From contig CAYJQB010000001.1 of the NCBI GenBank assembly GCA_964372205.1, forward strand, positions 13,180 to 77,179: a DNA stretch of 64,000 nucleotides. Reading direction: 5' to 3'. Under the pieces are notes generated by a model. That model ran no database searches, had not been told where the DNA came from, and saw only the letters and a list, made by a program, of their open reading frames with translations. This document shows positions 26,401 to 36,211 of the stretch, one piece after another (the stretch's first letter is position 1; each line of letters begins with the position of its first letter). Origin of the DNA: Candidatus Woesearchaeota archaeon. Lineage in GTDB: Archaea; Nanobdellota; Nanobdellia; Pacearchaeales; GW2011-AR1. A program made the translations under genes and the position numbers.

Positions 26401-26475
26401 GCTCCCGTAGCTCAGCCTGGATAGAGCATTGGGGTCCTAACCCAAGGGTCACAGGTTCAAATCCTGTCGGGAGCG
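26401..26475 (+). tRNA. tRNA-Arg(CCT)
   Basis: Acceptor stem GCTCCCG/CGGGAGC. Anticodon stem TTGGG/CCCAA flanks loop GTCCTAA. T-loop TTCAAAT. It starts 1 nt after tRNA-Leu. Confidence 0.75.
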
Positions 26476-26521
26476 TTCTAAAAGCAAATCTTTAAAACCC
26501 ACTTCTCAATAGAATAAACAT

Positions 26522-26593
26522 GCGTGGGTAGTTCAGTGGTTAGAATCTCGGCCTTCCAAGTCGATGACCCGGGTTCGAATCCCGGCCCGCGCA
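26522..26593 (+). tRNA. tRNA-Gly(TCC)
   Basis: Acceptor stem GCGTGGG/CCCGCGC with discriminator A. Anticodon stem TCGGC/GTCGA flanks loop CTTCCAA. T-loop TTCGAAT. Confidence 0.75.
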
Positions 26594-26637
26594 TGCTTAA
26601 TTAAACTTTTAAACCCTCGCAGTTTAGTGTTTTTATC

Positions 26638-27543
26638 ATGTCAGAAAAAGATTCATCAGAAGTTAAATTGCAAAAGAATTGGTACGACAAAAATTACAAA
26701 AAGTTGCTGATTCTTCCAATAATTTTGCTTATAGCATCAATATTCATTCTATTCCAGACGTATTCAGAAACTGGAGACATCATAAGAAAAGATGTATCGA
26801 TTGTAGGAGGCTCAACAATCACTGTTTTTGATGAATCGACAGATGTAGTCTCTCTAAAAAATGTTTTAAGTCTAGATTTCCCAGACATCCTAGTTAGAGG
26901 AATTTCGGACATAAGGACTGGAAATCAACAAGCCTTCTTTATAGAAACTACGGCTTCTCCAGAAGAAATCATTCCAGCAATAGAATCTTACTTAGGCTAT
27001 TCACTCACAGAAGAAAATTCTTCTGTCGAATTCACAGGCCAGGCTGTCTCTACAAGTTTCTACAAACAACTTCAAGTAGCCGTGCTCATAGCATTTGTTT
27101 TTATGGCAATAGTAGTCTTCATCATATTCAGAACTCCCGTTCCAAGTCTTGCAGTCATTATATCTGCCTTTGCAGACATCATAATGACCATAGCAGTTAT
27201 TGATTCAATAGGGATGAACCTATCAATGGGAGGAATAGTCGCAATTCTGATGTTAATAGGTTATTCAGTAGACACAGATATTCTGCTTACAACAAGAATG
27301 TTGAGAAAGAAGGAGGGTTCGATAAACAGAAGAATAATTGATGCTTTTAAGACGGGAATCACAATGACTTTAACATCCATAGTTGCAATTGGTGTTGCAC
27401 TTTTAATCATCTACAACTTTTCGGACACTTTAAGGCAGATATTCACCATATTATTGATAGGGTTAGGATTCGACATATTCAATACTTGGGTAACGAATGC
27501 TTCAGTATTAAAATGGTATGCGGAGGTTAAGAAGGTACAATGA
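26638..27543 (+). CDS. secF: Protein-export membrane protein SecF
   Basis: A signal anchor, a periplasmic domain and a C-terminal six-transmembrane bundle. It is directly followed by secD (4-bp overlap). Confidence 0.8.
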   Translation: MSEKDSSEVKLQKNWYDKNYKKLLILPIILLIASIFILFQTYSETGDIIRKDVSIVGGSTITVFDESTDVVSLKNVLSLDFPDILVRGISDIRTGNQQAFFIETTASPEEIIPAIESYLGYSLTEENSSVEFTGQAVSTSFYKQLQVAVLIAFVFMAIVVFIIFRTPVPSLAVIISAFADIIMTIAVIDSIGMNLSMGGIVAILMLIGYSVDTDILLTTRMLRKKEGSINRRIIDAFKTGITMTLTSIVAIGVALLIIYNFSDTLRQIFTILLIGLGFDIFNTWVTNASVLKWYAEVKKVQ

Positions 27544-29048
27544 AGATAACTTGGAAAGTATGGATGTTAATAATTATTTTAGCACTCTCTCTTTTGGCAA
27601 TAAAACCTTCATTTGAGTCAGGCGTTTTAATAAGGTCAGTCGATCAGTCTTCAGACCTCTTTAGCCAAGGAATGAGGTCCGGGGAAGTAATCAAAGAAGT
27701 AAACGGTTTGGAAATCTCCACAGTATCAGATTATACTTCTGTGATGAATCAGATTTTTCCAACAATGGAAAATGTCAGAATAGATATTGCAACCAAAACT
27801 GCGACTTATGTCCTGTTTACAAATCAAACTCCTGAAATAACAGTTTCTGAAATTCCACAGACAAGACTGAAAACAGGCTTAGACATTCAGGGAGGGGCGA
27901 GGGCATTAGTTCAACCACAAGGAGAACTGACAGATTCACAAATGCAGGATTTGATAGCTGTTAGTAGCAATAGGTTTAATGTTTTCGGAATCTCAGATGT
28001 AAAAATTAGGGGAGTGACAGATCTTTCAGGAAACAAATACATGTTAGTGGAGGTTGCAGGTGCAACTCCTTCCGATCTAGAAGAGTTAGTCTCACAACAA
28101 GGAAAATTTGAAGCAAGAATTGGAGATGAATTGGCATTTGTTGGAGGAGACGAAGATATAACTTCAGTGTGTAGAAATGATGCCAGATGTGCAGGCATAA
28201 CAAGTTGCAATCCTTCAGGACAGGACTACTTCTGTAATTTCGCATTCACTATTTATTTGAGTGATGAAGCAGCAGAAAGACATGCAGAAATAACTGGAAA
28301 ATTAGGTCTTGATTCAGAGTCGGGGGGGAGATATCTTGACGAGAATCTTACTCTTGTTTTAGATGATAAAATTGTAGATCAATTAAAAATAAGTGCCGGA
28401 TTGAAAGGCCAAAAGGCAACAGAAATCTCTATTCAGGGATCAGGCCAAGGAGTTACACAAGAAGAAGCTTATGAAGCTGCCCAAAGTGATATGCACAATC
28501 TTCAGACAATTCTCATAACCGGAAGCTTGCCCTACAAATTAGAACTAGTAAAGTTAGACACGATCTCTCCTTTATTAGGAAAAGAGTTCACTTCTCTGAT
28601 TCTTCTTGCGGGAGCTGCAGCAATAGTTGCTGTGGCTATAGTGGTATTCATTAGATACAGAAACTTCAAAGCTTCTCTTGCCCTTCTTTTAACTTCTTTC
28701 TCAGAATTGCTTATTATCTTGGGTGTCGCAGCATTGATAAGCTGGAATTTAGACCTTCCTTCAATTGCAGGAATTCTCGCAACAATTGGTACAGGTGTTG
28801 ACCAGCAGATTGTTATTCTTGATGAAGCCAGAACAGGAAAAAGCGTAAGCATAAAACAAAGAATCAAGAGAGCTTTATTCGTAGTGATGACTGCTTATCT
28901 GACTTCTCTAGTTTCATTACTACCTCTTTACTGGGCAGGGGCTGGGCTTTTCAAGGGATTTGCAATAACCTCCATAATCGGAATCACAGCAGGAGTGTTT
29001 ATAACCAGACCTGCATTTGCAGATATGATAAGTAAGATAGAGGAATAA
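27540..29048 (+). CDS. secD: Protein-export membrane protein SecD
   Basis: A large extracytoplasmic domain followed by a six-transmembrane bundle homologous to SecF (AGILATIGTGVDQQIVI). Confidence 0.8.
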   Translation: MKITWKVWMLIIILALSLLAIKPSFESGVLIRSVDQSSDLFSQGMRSGEVIKEVNGLEISTVSDYTSVMNQIFPTMENVRIDIATKTATYVLFTNQTPEITVSEIPQTRLKTGLDIQGGARALVQPQGELTDSQMQDLIAVSSNRFNVFGISDVKIRGVTDLSGNKYMLVEVAGATPSDLEELVSQQGKFEARIGDELAFVGGDEDITSVCRNDARCAGITSCNPSGQDYFCNFAFTIYLSDEAAERHAEITGKLGLDSESGGRYLDENLTLVLDDKIVDQLKISAGLKGQKATEISIQGSGQGVTQEEAYEAAQSDMHNLQTILITGSLPYKLELVKLDTISPLLGKEFTSLILLAGAAAIVAVAIVVFIRYRNFKASLALLLTSFSELLIILGVAALISWNLDLPSIAGILATIGTGVDQQIVILDEARTGKSVSIKQRIKRALFVVMTAYLTSLVSLLPLYWAGAGLFKGFAITSIIGITAGVFITRPAFADMISKIEE

Positions 29049-29405
29049 ATGTTATCACGTTGGCATATAATTTTTGGAGCAGTATTCACATTATTTTTAG
29101 GGGTAATGATACCAGGGCTAAAAACATTCTACTTAGGTCTCGTTTTTTTCACATCCTTTCTTGTAGCCTTCGATCACTTAAGAACAACCAACCAAAAGAG
29201 AAGCTCAAAAAGTGAATTTTATTTTTTTCACACTTTAGAGGTTATCGCGGTAACTGGGCTGATAAGCGTTTTTTCTACTCCCTTTTTCTTCGTTTTCATA
29301 GGATTTGTGTTCCACACAACTATAGACATAGTAGAATCTTTCAAGAATAACACTTTTAACAAACGAGAGTTCTTTTTATTCAAGTGGATTTCTGGAAAAG
29401 ATTAA
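29049..29405 (+). CDS. Hypothetical membrane protein (118 aa)
   Basis: ORF with three to four transmembrane segments. Confidence 0.4.
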   Translation: MLSRWHIIFGAVFTLFLGVMIPGLKTFYLGLVFFTSFLVAFDHLRTTNQKRSSKSEFYFFHTLEVIAVTGLISVFSTPFFFVFIGFVFHTTIDIVESFKNNTFNKREFFLFKWISGKD

Positions 29406-29423
29406 TAAGGCTTTAATCATATT

Positions 29424-30995
29424 TTGAAAGTGGAAGGCAAAGAATCTACGGAGCTAAATCGTTCTTTAAAGATTTTAGTAAGTGCTTCTTTTATTGTTGT
29501 AATCACAACAATCCTATCAAAGATACTAACTTATCTTTACAGAATAATAATAGCAAGAAATTATACTCCTGAAACTTACGGAGTGTATTCTCTTAGTTTG
29601 ATGGTTGTGGGATGGATTACCGTTCTTGCAGGGCTTGGGTTCGCAGGCGGTCTCTCCAGATATATCCCCTATTACAGGGGCAAAAATGAAGAATACAAGT
29701 CTTCAGTCTTAGTTAGAAAGATAAGTCTGCTTCTTCTAATTTCTGGAATACTAGGCATGTTTATCATGCTGGCATTAAGCGGATTTATAGCAAATAATTT
29801 GTTTCATGCCCCAGAATTAGAGTCCCTTTTAATGATATTTAGCGTAGCTATTCCATTTACAGTTCTAGCCGGAGTCTTTTTTACAGTTTTAAGATCTTAT
29901 GAAAAAATTGGGTGGCTATCTTTCATAGTTAATATCCTGCAGAACTCTGTAAAGATTCTAGTTTTGATAGCCTTAATATTACTAGGGTTTGGTGCGAAAT
30001 CCATAGCATTCTCATACGTTGCAGGAATTGCAATTGCACTAACTGTAGCGTATATGGTATCCAGAAGAAAAGTTTCTATCCTCTTCAGAAAACAGGACAA
30101 AAAAAGTTCAAGCGCCAAAGACAAGAATCTCATGAAGCCCCTAATCTCTTATTCCTGGCCACTAATAATTTTCGGCTTCATGTCCTCTATTCTTAGTTGG
30201 ACTGATACTTTTATGATTGGACTCTTAAGTACAACAGAAAATGTGGGTTTCTACAACGCAGCACTCCCGATAGCTTTGCTTATTACAATGTCTACTGATC
30301 TTTTCAGGCAGACTCTGCTTCCATTGATAACAAAAGAATATGGCAAAAAAAATATGCAAGCAGTGAAGTCTATAAGCAAGCAAGTAACAAAGTGGCTGTT
30401 AATTGCAGCAATACCGATATTTACAGCAATTTACTTATTCCCAGAAGAGGCTATCCGAATAATTTTCGGCCCAGAGTATCTTCCTTCGACAGATGCTCTG
30501 AAAGTTTTATCAGTAGGATTTTTTGTAACTTCTGTTTTCTTCGTTTCTCCAGAAATACTCTTGATGAAAGGAAAATCCAAACTTATTTTAGCAAATACTC
30601 TAGTGGTAGTTCTGTTAAATCTGATATTGAATTATTTTATGATAAACCTTTATGGTATAACCGGCGCAGCAATTTCAACTTCAATTTCTCTGATTCTTCT
30701 AAGCTTTTTGTTCACTTATCAATCTTGGAAAGTGTCATCTATATTTGTGATGAAAAAAGACATGCTGAATGTTCTTTTATCAGGAGTTTTATCTTTCGTT
30801 CTGACATTGGTAGCTTCTTTATATTTCGGAAAAGACTTATTCGGGGCACTCGCAAGCGGAACAGTATTCATAGTAGCTTACCCACTAGCTCTTTATCTGA
30901 CAAAGTCTATAGACCTCAACGACTATTCTATTTTAGCGGCGATAAAGGGCAAGGCTTTGAGAAAAGTCCATAACAAAATAGACCTCATCGATTAA
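29424..30995 (+). CDS. Oligo/polysaccharide flippase (Wzx-like, MOP superfamily), TTG start
   Basis: About 14 transmembrane segments with PST-family topology. It is the first gene of the glycan island. Confidence 0.7.
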   Translation: MKVEGKESTELNRSLKILVSASFIVVITTILSKILTYLYRIIIARNYTPETYGVYSLSLMVVGWITVLAGLGFAGGLSRYIPYYRGKNEEYKSSVLVRKISLLLLISGILGMFIMLALSGFIANNLFHAPELESLLMIFSVAIPFTVLAGVFFTVLRSYEKIGWLSFIVNILQNSVKILVLIALILLGFGAKSIAFSYVAGIAIALTVAYMVSRRKVSILFRKQDKKSSSAKDKNLMKPLISYSWPLIIFGFMSSILSWTDTFMIGLLSTTENVGFYNAALPIALLITMSTDLFRQTLLPLITKEYGKKNMQAVKSISKQVTKWLLIAAIPIFTAIYLFPEEAIRIIFGPEYLPSTDALKVLSVGFFVTSVFFVSPEILLMKGKSKLILANTLVVVLLNLILNYFMINLYGITGAAISTSISLILLSFLFTYQSWKVSSIFVMKKDMLNVLLSGVLSFVLTLVASLYFGKDLFGALASGTVFIVAYPLALYLTKSIDLNDYSILAAIKGKALRKVHNKIDLID

Positions 30996-32160
30996 TTAGA
31001 CTTATAACTGCGGAGTATATCTCTTCAACACTTATTGAGTTCATGTGGACTTTCTGACAGATATCACAGGCATATCTTCTGCAATCATGAGCCTTGTTTT
31101 CATGATAAATATTGATATTCTTCTTATCGGGATCTATCGGTCCTATCCTCTTAGGAGAATCAGAACTATAGATTATCACAGCAGGGGTGCCCACTTGTGA
31201 AGTTATATGTGCAGTAGAAGTGTCAAGAGTAATAGTGGCATTGGCTCGTTTCAAGATAGATGCAAAAGACTCTATATCTGGGGTTTTACCAACCGCATAA
31301 ACCACCTGGTTTTTATTTTTGACTAAATCATATATCTTATTTGTAATTTGAGATTCGGAACCGACTCCAGAGATAATCACTTTTACATCGAGGCTCTCAG
31401 TTAAACTATCTATCAGTTTTGCCCACCTTTCTTCAGGCCAGAGGTGTGCAGGAGTCTTTTCTTCTTTCAGAGCATTTACTATTTTACCTGCACACGGATG
31501 GACTACAATAACCTTCTCTCCTTTTTTGACATGCTTCTTGAAGAACTTATTTGCAAAATCTTCGCTTTTTTTAGTGAAGTAGAAAGAAGGGCGATCAACT
31601 TCAAGTTTTAATAATCGGAAAAGAGCGATAAGAGTCTCTGGACCGTTTGCTCTAACAGGGTAAGGTCTTCGACTTGCTAAAATAGGAAAAATCTGTTTTC
31701 TAATTTTTCCCGGTTTGGCTCTAAATGAGTCTACTGATGAGATGTATTTTATTTTCGACAAAGCTAAAAATAATTCTCTATCTAAAATCTTTCTCTGCCT
31801 AGAAGCATCCATCAAGATAACGGCATCAATTTGCTTATCATTTATTAAATTCTTTGCCTGTCCCAATGTAACTGCCTCTATTTCTTGATTTTTTACAAAT
31901 TTTCTATTTTTTTCTAATGTCAATAAATAGAAACTTATCTGATACTTTTTAAGAACTGAATTCATAATTCCTATTACATTATAAATATCTCCTACCGCCC
32001 CGCCACAAATTACTAAAATTTTATTTATCTCTCCAGACTTCACCCTTGTAAATTTTCTAGGATCTAATAAAATCCAAAAAAGATAGTAGCTGAAATTTGA
32101 GAATTCTTTTATAACGTTTCCCGTGAATATTTTCAATTTTTCAAATAGAGATATATTCAT
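30985..32160 (-). CDS. Glycosyltransferase family 9 (heptosyltransferase-like)
   Basis: ILVICGGAVGDIYN is a GT9 N-terminal motif. The C-terminal DTSTAHITSQVGTPAVIIYS is the hallmark GT9 donor-binding motif. Confidence 0.6.
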   Translation of the reverse strand: MNISLFEKLKIFTGNVIKEFSNFSYYLFWILLDPRKFTRVKSGEINKILVICGGAVGDIYNVIGIMNSVLKKYQISFYLLTLEKNRKFVKNQEIEAVTLGQAKNLINDKQIDAVILMDASRQRKILDRELFLALSKIKYISSVDSFRAKPGKIRKQIFPILASRRPYPVRANGPETLIALFRLLKLEVDRPSFYFTKKSEDFANKFFKKHVKKGEKVIVVHPCAGKIVNALKEEKTPAHLWPEERWAKLIDSLTESLDVKVIISGVGSESQITNKIYDLVKNKNQVVYAVGKTPDIESFASILKRANATITLDTSTAHITSQVGTPAVIIYSSDSPKRIGPIDPDKKNINIYHENKAHDCRRYACDICQKVHMNSISVEEIYSAVISLINR

Positions 32161-32235
32161 TAATATCTCTCAAAATGTCTCTTTATTAAAGTTTGCAATC
32201 AGCAGCTAAGGAATATTTATAAATTAAAGAAAAGA

Positions 32236-32829
32236 GTGATAAAAATGAATAAACTAAAATTTAGAACCTCCCCAAACAGCTACTTGAAAAAATTTTTCAA
32301 TATAAGAGTAGAAAGAGTATTTCCTAGGGGTTTTGAAAGATTTGGAGTTTCAGGAAACAATCTTATAGGAATAGAAATAGGAGTTTTCGAAGGAGAACAC
32401 GCAGCCTCTCTCATAAAAAATCTCAATATCAAAAAACTATATCTTATAGATCCCTATGTTATTCCCAACAAAGAGGACATATTTTGGACTAAAAAAATCT
32501 TGAATGCAAAAAAAAATGTCCAAAATAAATTCAGGAAGGACAAGAGAATAAGAGTCATCCACAAATATTCAACAGATGCAGTTAAGGACATAGAGGAGTT
32601 GGTAGACTTCATATATATCGATGGAAACCACGAATATTTAGCAGTAAGAGAAGATATTAACAATTATTGGAAAATTCTAAAAAAAGGAGGAGTCTTAGGA
32701 GGACACGACGTCCACAATGCAGTCCGAGCTCACAATAGAGGGGTTATGAAAGCAGTCTTTGAATTTGCCCTTTTAAAAAAGGTAGAAGTTATAATTGAAG
32801 GCGAAGACTGGTGGATAAAAAAACCTTAA
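32236..32829 (+). CDS. Class I SAM-dependent methyltransferase (CmcI/Methyltransf_24-like)
   Basis: IGIEIGVFEGEHAASL and FIYIDGNHEYLAVREDINNYWKILKKGGVLGGHD. Confidence 0.55.
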   Translation: MIKMNKLKFRTSPNSYLKKFFNIRVERVFPRGFERFGVSGNNLIGIEIGVFEGEHAASLIKNLNIKKLYLIDPYVIPNKEDIFWTKKILNAKKNVQNKFRKDKRIRVIHKYSTDAVKDIEELVDFIYIDGNHEYLAVREDINNYWKILKKGGVLGGHDVHNAVRAHNRGVMKAVFEFALLKKVEVIIEGEDWWIKKP

Positions 32830-33485
32830 ATTTGGTTTCTTGAATTTGGGCTTGCAAAGACAATCATCGTATCTTTGAATTTATCGCCCGCCAAACTAAC
32901 AACTCCCTTGACTATTTTTCTCCTAAGGGGATCTTTCCTTAAGAAAGGGTAATATGCATATTTGTATTTTTTAACTATGAACCCTGATCTTTCTAGAAGC
33001 ACAGTCATAACTTCAGGTGCAAACCAAACTGTGTGCTCTCTCGCTTTACTGCCATGAGGATCATTAGTATACTTGTAAACCATTTCAAACCATCTAAATG
33101 CACAAAAGGCGTTAGGCGTGGTAAGGATAAGCAAACCGTCTTTTCTAAGGTGCTTCTTACATCTTTCCAAAAATAATCCTGGATTACTGAGGTGTTCCAC
33201 AAGCTCTCCAGCAAATATCACATCAAATTTTTTTTTGAATGAAAATGATTCTGCATTTTGGCAAGTAACATCATAACCTTGTTTGTTCAAGCTTTCCACA
33301 GCCGATTTTAAGATATCTATGCCAGAGACTGATTTTGCATGCTCTTTCAAAAAATCATGAACCCAAATTCGACTCTTATGTTTTCTTTTTAAATCATGAT
33401 CAACACAGCCCACATCAAGCACATCTTTTCCAACTACATAAGGATAAATTGCTTTCAAAACTTCGTCTCTCGAAAAATTTATCAT
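32826..33485 (-). CDS. Class I SAM-dependent methyltransferase
   Basis: Motif I is VLDVGCVDH and the post-II motif is FAGELVEHL. Confidence 0.65.
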   Translation of the reverse strand: MINFSRDEVLKAIYPYVVGKDVLDVGCVDHDLKRKHKSRIWVHDFLKEHAKSVSGIDILKSAVESLNKQGYDVTCQNAESFSFKKKFDVIFAGELVEHLSNPGLFLERCKKHLRKDGLLILTTPNAFCAFRWFEMVYKYTNDPHGSKAREHTVWFAPEVMTVLLERSGFIVKKYKYAYYPFLRKDPLRRKIVKGVVSLAGDKFKDTMIVFASPNSRNQI

Positions 33486-34258
33486 ATCTTAGCTATTTCG
33501 ATCCCCTTTTTTAACTTTTTCGCTTTTTTCTCTTTGAGTCGGACAATGAATGAATTACCATACCAACCAAATTTTTGAAATTCAATAGACTCAAATTTAG
33601 GATTTTTTGTGAGCCATTCTTTAAACGCAAGCTGTTCTCCTCTATTGGGGTCCCCTCTAAAGCAAAACCAGTCATCAAACACTAGGATAGCTCCGTTCTG
33701 CAAAAGGTCATTTACAAAATCAAGAACAAACACTGCCGATTCATAAAGATCGGAATCTATATACACAAGCGCAGCTTTTTCGATTTTCAGCTTCTTCTTA
33801 GTTTCAATATTAAGGGTTTTATCATACCACCCCTTAACAAGATGAACTTTATTCATATTAACTTTACTTTTTTCCAGTCTCCTAACAAAACTTTTATATG
33901 GAAAAGCATAATCTCCCTCATTAAAATGCTTAAATCCTTCGTTATCAAGCTTATTTTTAACAGGAGGGATGCCTTCAAAACTGTCAAATCCAATAAATCT
34001 CATTGCCTTTAGATTTTTGCCCATAGTTTGAGCTATGTGGTACGAAGATATGAATGTATTTCCTTCAGAAACTCCAAATTCAAGATAATCTCCCTCTATT
34101 TTATTGCTCCTCAAATAGTCCATCGCTTTAAATAAAAATCTTTCTCTTTCGGAATAAGCAAAAAATTCGTTGAAATGAGAAAATAGTGGTCTAAACCTAA
34201 AAGGTTTGAATTTTAAATCTTTATAGGTCTTCTTTAGATTGGATTTGAAAACAGGCAT
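33482..34258 (-). CDS. TylF/MycF-family sugar O-methyltransferase
   Basis: LVYIDSDLYESAVFVLDFVNDLLQNGAILVFDDW is the TylF/macrocin-O-methyltransferase core. Confidence 0.6.
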   Translation of the reverse strand: MPVFKSNLKKTYKDLKFKPFRFRPLFSHFNEFFAYSERERFLFKAMDYLRSNKIEGDYLEFGVSEGNTFISSYHIAQTMGKNLKAMRFIGFDSFEGIPPVKNKLDNEGFKHFNEGDYAFPYKSFVRRLEKSKVNMNKVHLVKGWYDKTLNIETKKKLKIEKAALVYIDSDLYESAVFVLDFVNDLLQNGAILVFDDWFCFRGDPNRGEQLAFKEWLTKNPKFESIEFQKFGWYGNSFIVRLKEKKAKKLKKGIEIAKI

Positions 34259-34276
34259 TTTAATTTGCTATTTTAT

Positions 34277-35257
34277 TCATTTATAAAATTTTTCCCCAGT
34301 TCCTTTATAAAAATTTACCATCTTTGAAATCCCTTCATCTATGAAAATTTTCGGTTTCCAATTTAGTACCTTTCTTGCTTTGTCAATATCAAGATAGAAG
34401 CTATCTTCAAAATCAAAAGCATCTGAATTTTTCTCTATCTTAATCGAGCCTCTGCCAACCTTCATGATTATTTTCGTGGCTAGAGAAATCAAAGCAACTG
34501 GCTCACCTGAGCCAAAATTAAACACTTCTTTCCCAGCATTCTCACAAATTCCGGAAATAGTCAGGGCATCAATAAGATCTGCTAAATATATAAAATCTCT
34601 AATTCTATTGCTTTTTTCACGAACTAACAAATCATTATCCTCCAGCGCTCTCTTGATAAACCAATTCATTAAACCATCAGAGGGCGAGACTATTTTATTT
34701 TTCTCACCATAAACTATTCCAATTCTTGCTATTACGAAATCCAATCCAGATTCTTGATAAAGTTTTTCAGATTCCTTTTTGATATGTCCATAAACATTGA
34801 ATGGATTTAGTTCCGATTTTTCGTTAATTGGACTTTTTTCAGGCTCAACCAACCCATAAACTAGTCTTGAACTAGTATAAACAATTCTCACCGAAGGATT
34901 ATATTTTTTACATCCTTCAATTAACTTCTCTCTGTTTACAACAAACCTTGAAACATTTTCAGATTCCGAGCTGTTTCTATCAACTGATTCTGCCAAATCA
35001 AAAATCAAGTTTTTACCAAATATTTCTTCAAGGAGGACATCTTCCGAAAATTCAAGGACTCTAATCTTATTTCTTATATCCGATATATTTGATAACTTTT
35101 CTAAACTTCTGGTGATTATGGTGATATTCGCACCAAGAGAAACTAATAATCGAGCAAGATTACTCCCAATAAATCCAAGTCCTCCAATCAGAAGAACATT
35201 TTTTCCAAGGTAATTTTGTCCAAGGTTCATGACAACTGGGATAAGTTCTCCCACCAA
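34277..35257 (-). CDS. NAD-dependent epimerase/dehydratase (SDR family)
   Basis: An N-terminal Rossmann fold (LLIGGLGFIGSNLARLL) and a YxxxK-type active site. Confidence 0.75.
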   Translation of the reverse strand: MVGELIPVVMNLGQNYLGKNVLLIGGLGFIGSNLARLLVSLGANITIITRSLEKLSNISDIRNKIRVLEFSEDVLLEEIFGKNLIFDLAESVDRNSSESENVSRFVVNREKLIEGCKKYNPSVRIVYTSSRLVYGLVEPEKSPINEKSELNPFNVYGHIKKESEKLYQESGLDFVIARIGIVYGEKNKIVSPSDGLMNWFIKRALEDNDLLVREKSNRIRDFIYLADLIDALTISGICENAGKEVFNFGSGEPVALISLATKIIMKVGRGSIKIEKNSDAFDFEDSFYLDIDKARKVLNWKPKIFIDEGISKMVNFYKGTGEKFYK

Positions 35258-36189
35258 GACTTATTTTCTTTATACCACTTGACAGTCTCAGTTAGACCTT
35301 TTTCAAACGAAATCTTTTGAGTCCAACCCAATTTTTTTATTTTGTTTGTATCTATGCTGTACCTTTTATCATTAAATGGTCTGTCTCTTATAAACTCTAT
35401 AAAGCTTTCATCTTTATTCATGAGGCTCAATATCTTTTTAGTCAATTCTAAATTCGTCAGTTCATCAGAAGTCCCTATATTGTAAACTTCTCCAACTTCT
35501 CCTTTTTCAAAAATAACATGGAGCGCTTCACAAAAATCGTTCACATTTATATATGTCCTAATATTTGATCCATCTCCGTGGATAGTTACTTTTTCGCCCT
35601 TAATGAGGCGGGAAATAAACTTAGGAATTATCTTTTCTGTAAATTGGTGGGACCCATAAACATTATTTCCTCTAACTATTACAATTGGAAGTTTATATGT
35701 TTGTAAATAGCCAAGAGCAACCATCTCTGCAGCTGCTTTAGACGCGGAGTAGGGATTAGTAGGATTTAAAATACTATTCTCAATAAAAGACCCTTCAACA
35801 ATGTCTCCATAGACTTCATCGGTGCTTATGTGAAAAATTTTCTTTACGCCATTTATTCTTGCAGCCTCAAGCAAAATATGGGTTCCCAGAGTATTGGTTC
35901 TAGTAAAGTTCAGAGAATCTCCAATTGAATTATCAACGTGACTCTCAGCTGCAAAATGAAATATGAGATCTACATCTTTTAATAGATAACATAAGAAATT
36001 AAGGTCACAGACATCACCTTTAACAAACCTATAGTTAGGCAGATTTTCTATATCTTTAAGTCTTTCTAAGTTACCAGCATAAGTTAGTTTGTCAAAATTT
36101 ATGATTTCATGTTCAGAATACTTTTTAACCATATGTCTGACAAAATGGCTCCCAATAAATCCAGCGCCACCAGTAATAAGGATTTTCAT
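35227..36189 (-). CDS. rfbB: dTDP-glucose 4,6-dehydratase
   Basis: MKILITGGAGFIGSHFV...FVKGDVCD...HFAAESHVDNSI...YSASKAAAE is the canonical RmlB signature. The start is trimmed to the Met at 36189. Confidence 0.85.
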   Translation of the reverse strand: MKILITGGAGFIGSHFVRHMVKKYSEHEIINFDKLTYAGNLERLKDIENLPNYRFVKGDVCDLNFLCYLLKDVDLIFHFAAESHVDNSIGDSLNFTRTNTLGTHILLEAARINGVKKIFHISTDEVYGDIVEGSFIENSILNPTNPYSASKAAAEMVALGYLQTYKLPIVIVRGNNVYGSHQFTEKIIPKFISRLIKGEKVTIHGDGSNIRTYINVNDFCEALHVIFEKGEVGEVYNIGTSDELTNLELTKKILSLMNKDESFIEFIRDRPFNDKRYSIDTNKIKKLGWTQKISFEKGLTETVKWYKENKSWWENLSQLS

Positions 36190-36211
36190 CAATATTGGGT
36201 TAAATCTGACA

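Noticed and set aside
30392-30973. 193-aa ORF in an alternate frame within the flippase gene
   Set aside because: It overlaps the 523-aa polytopic flippase frame on the same strand and has no independent signals.
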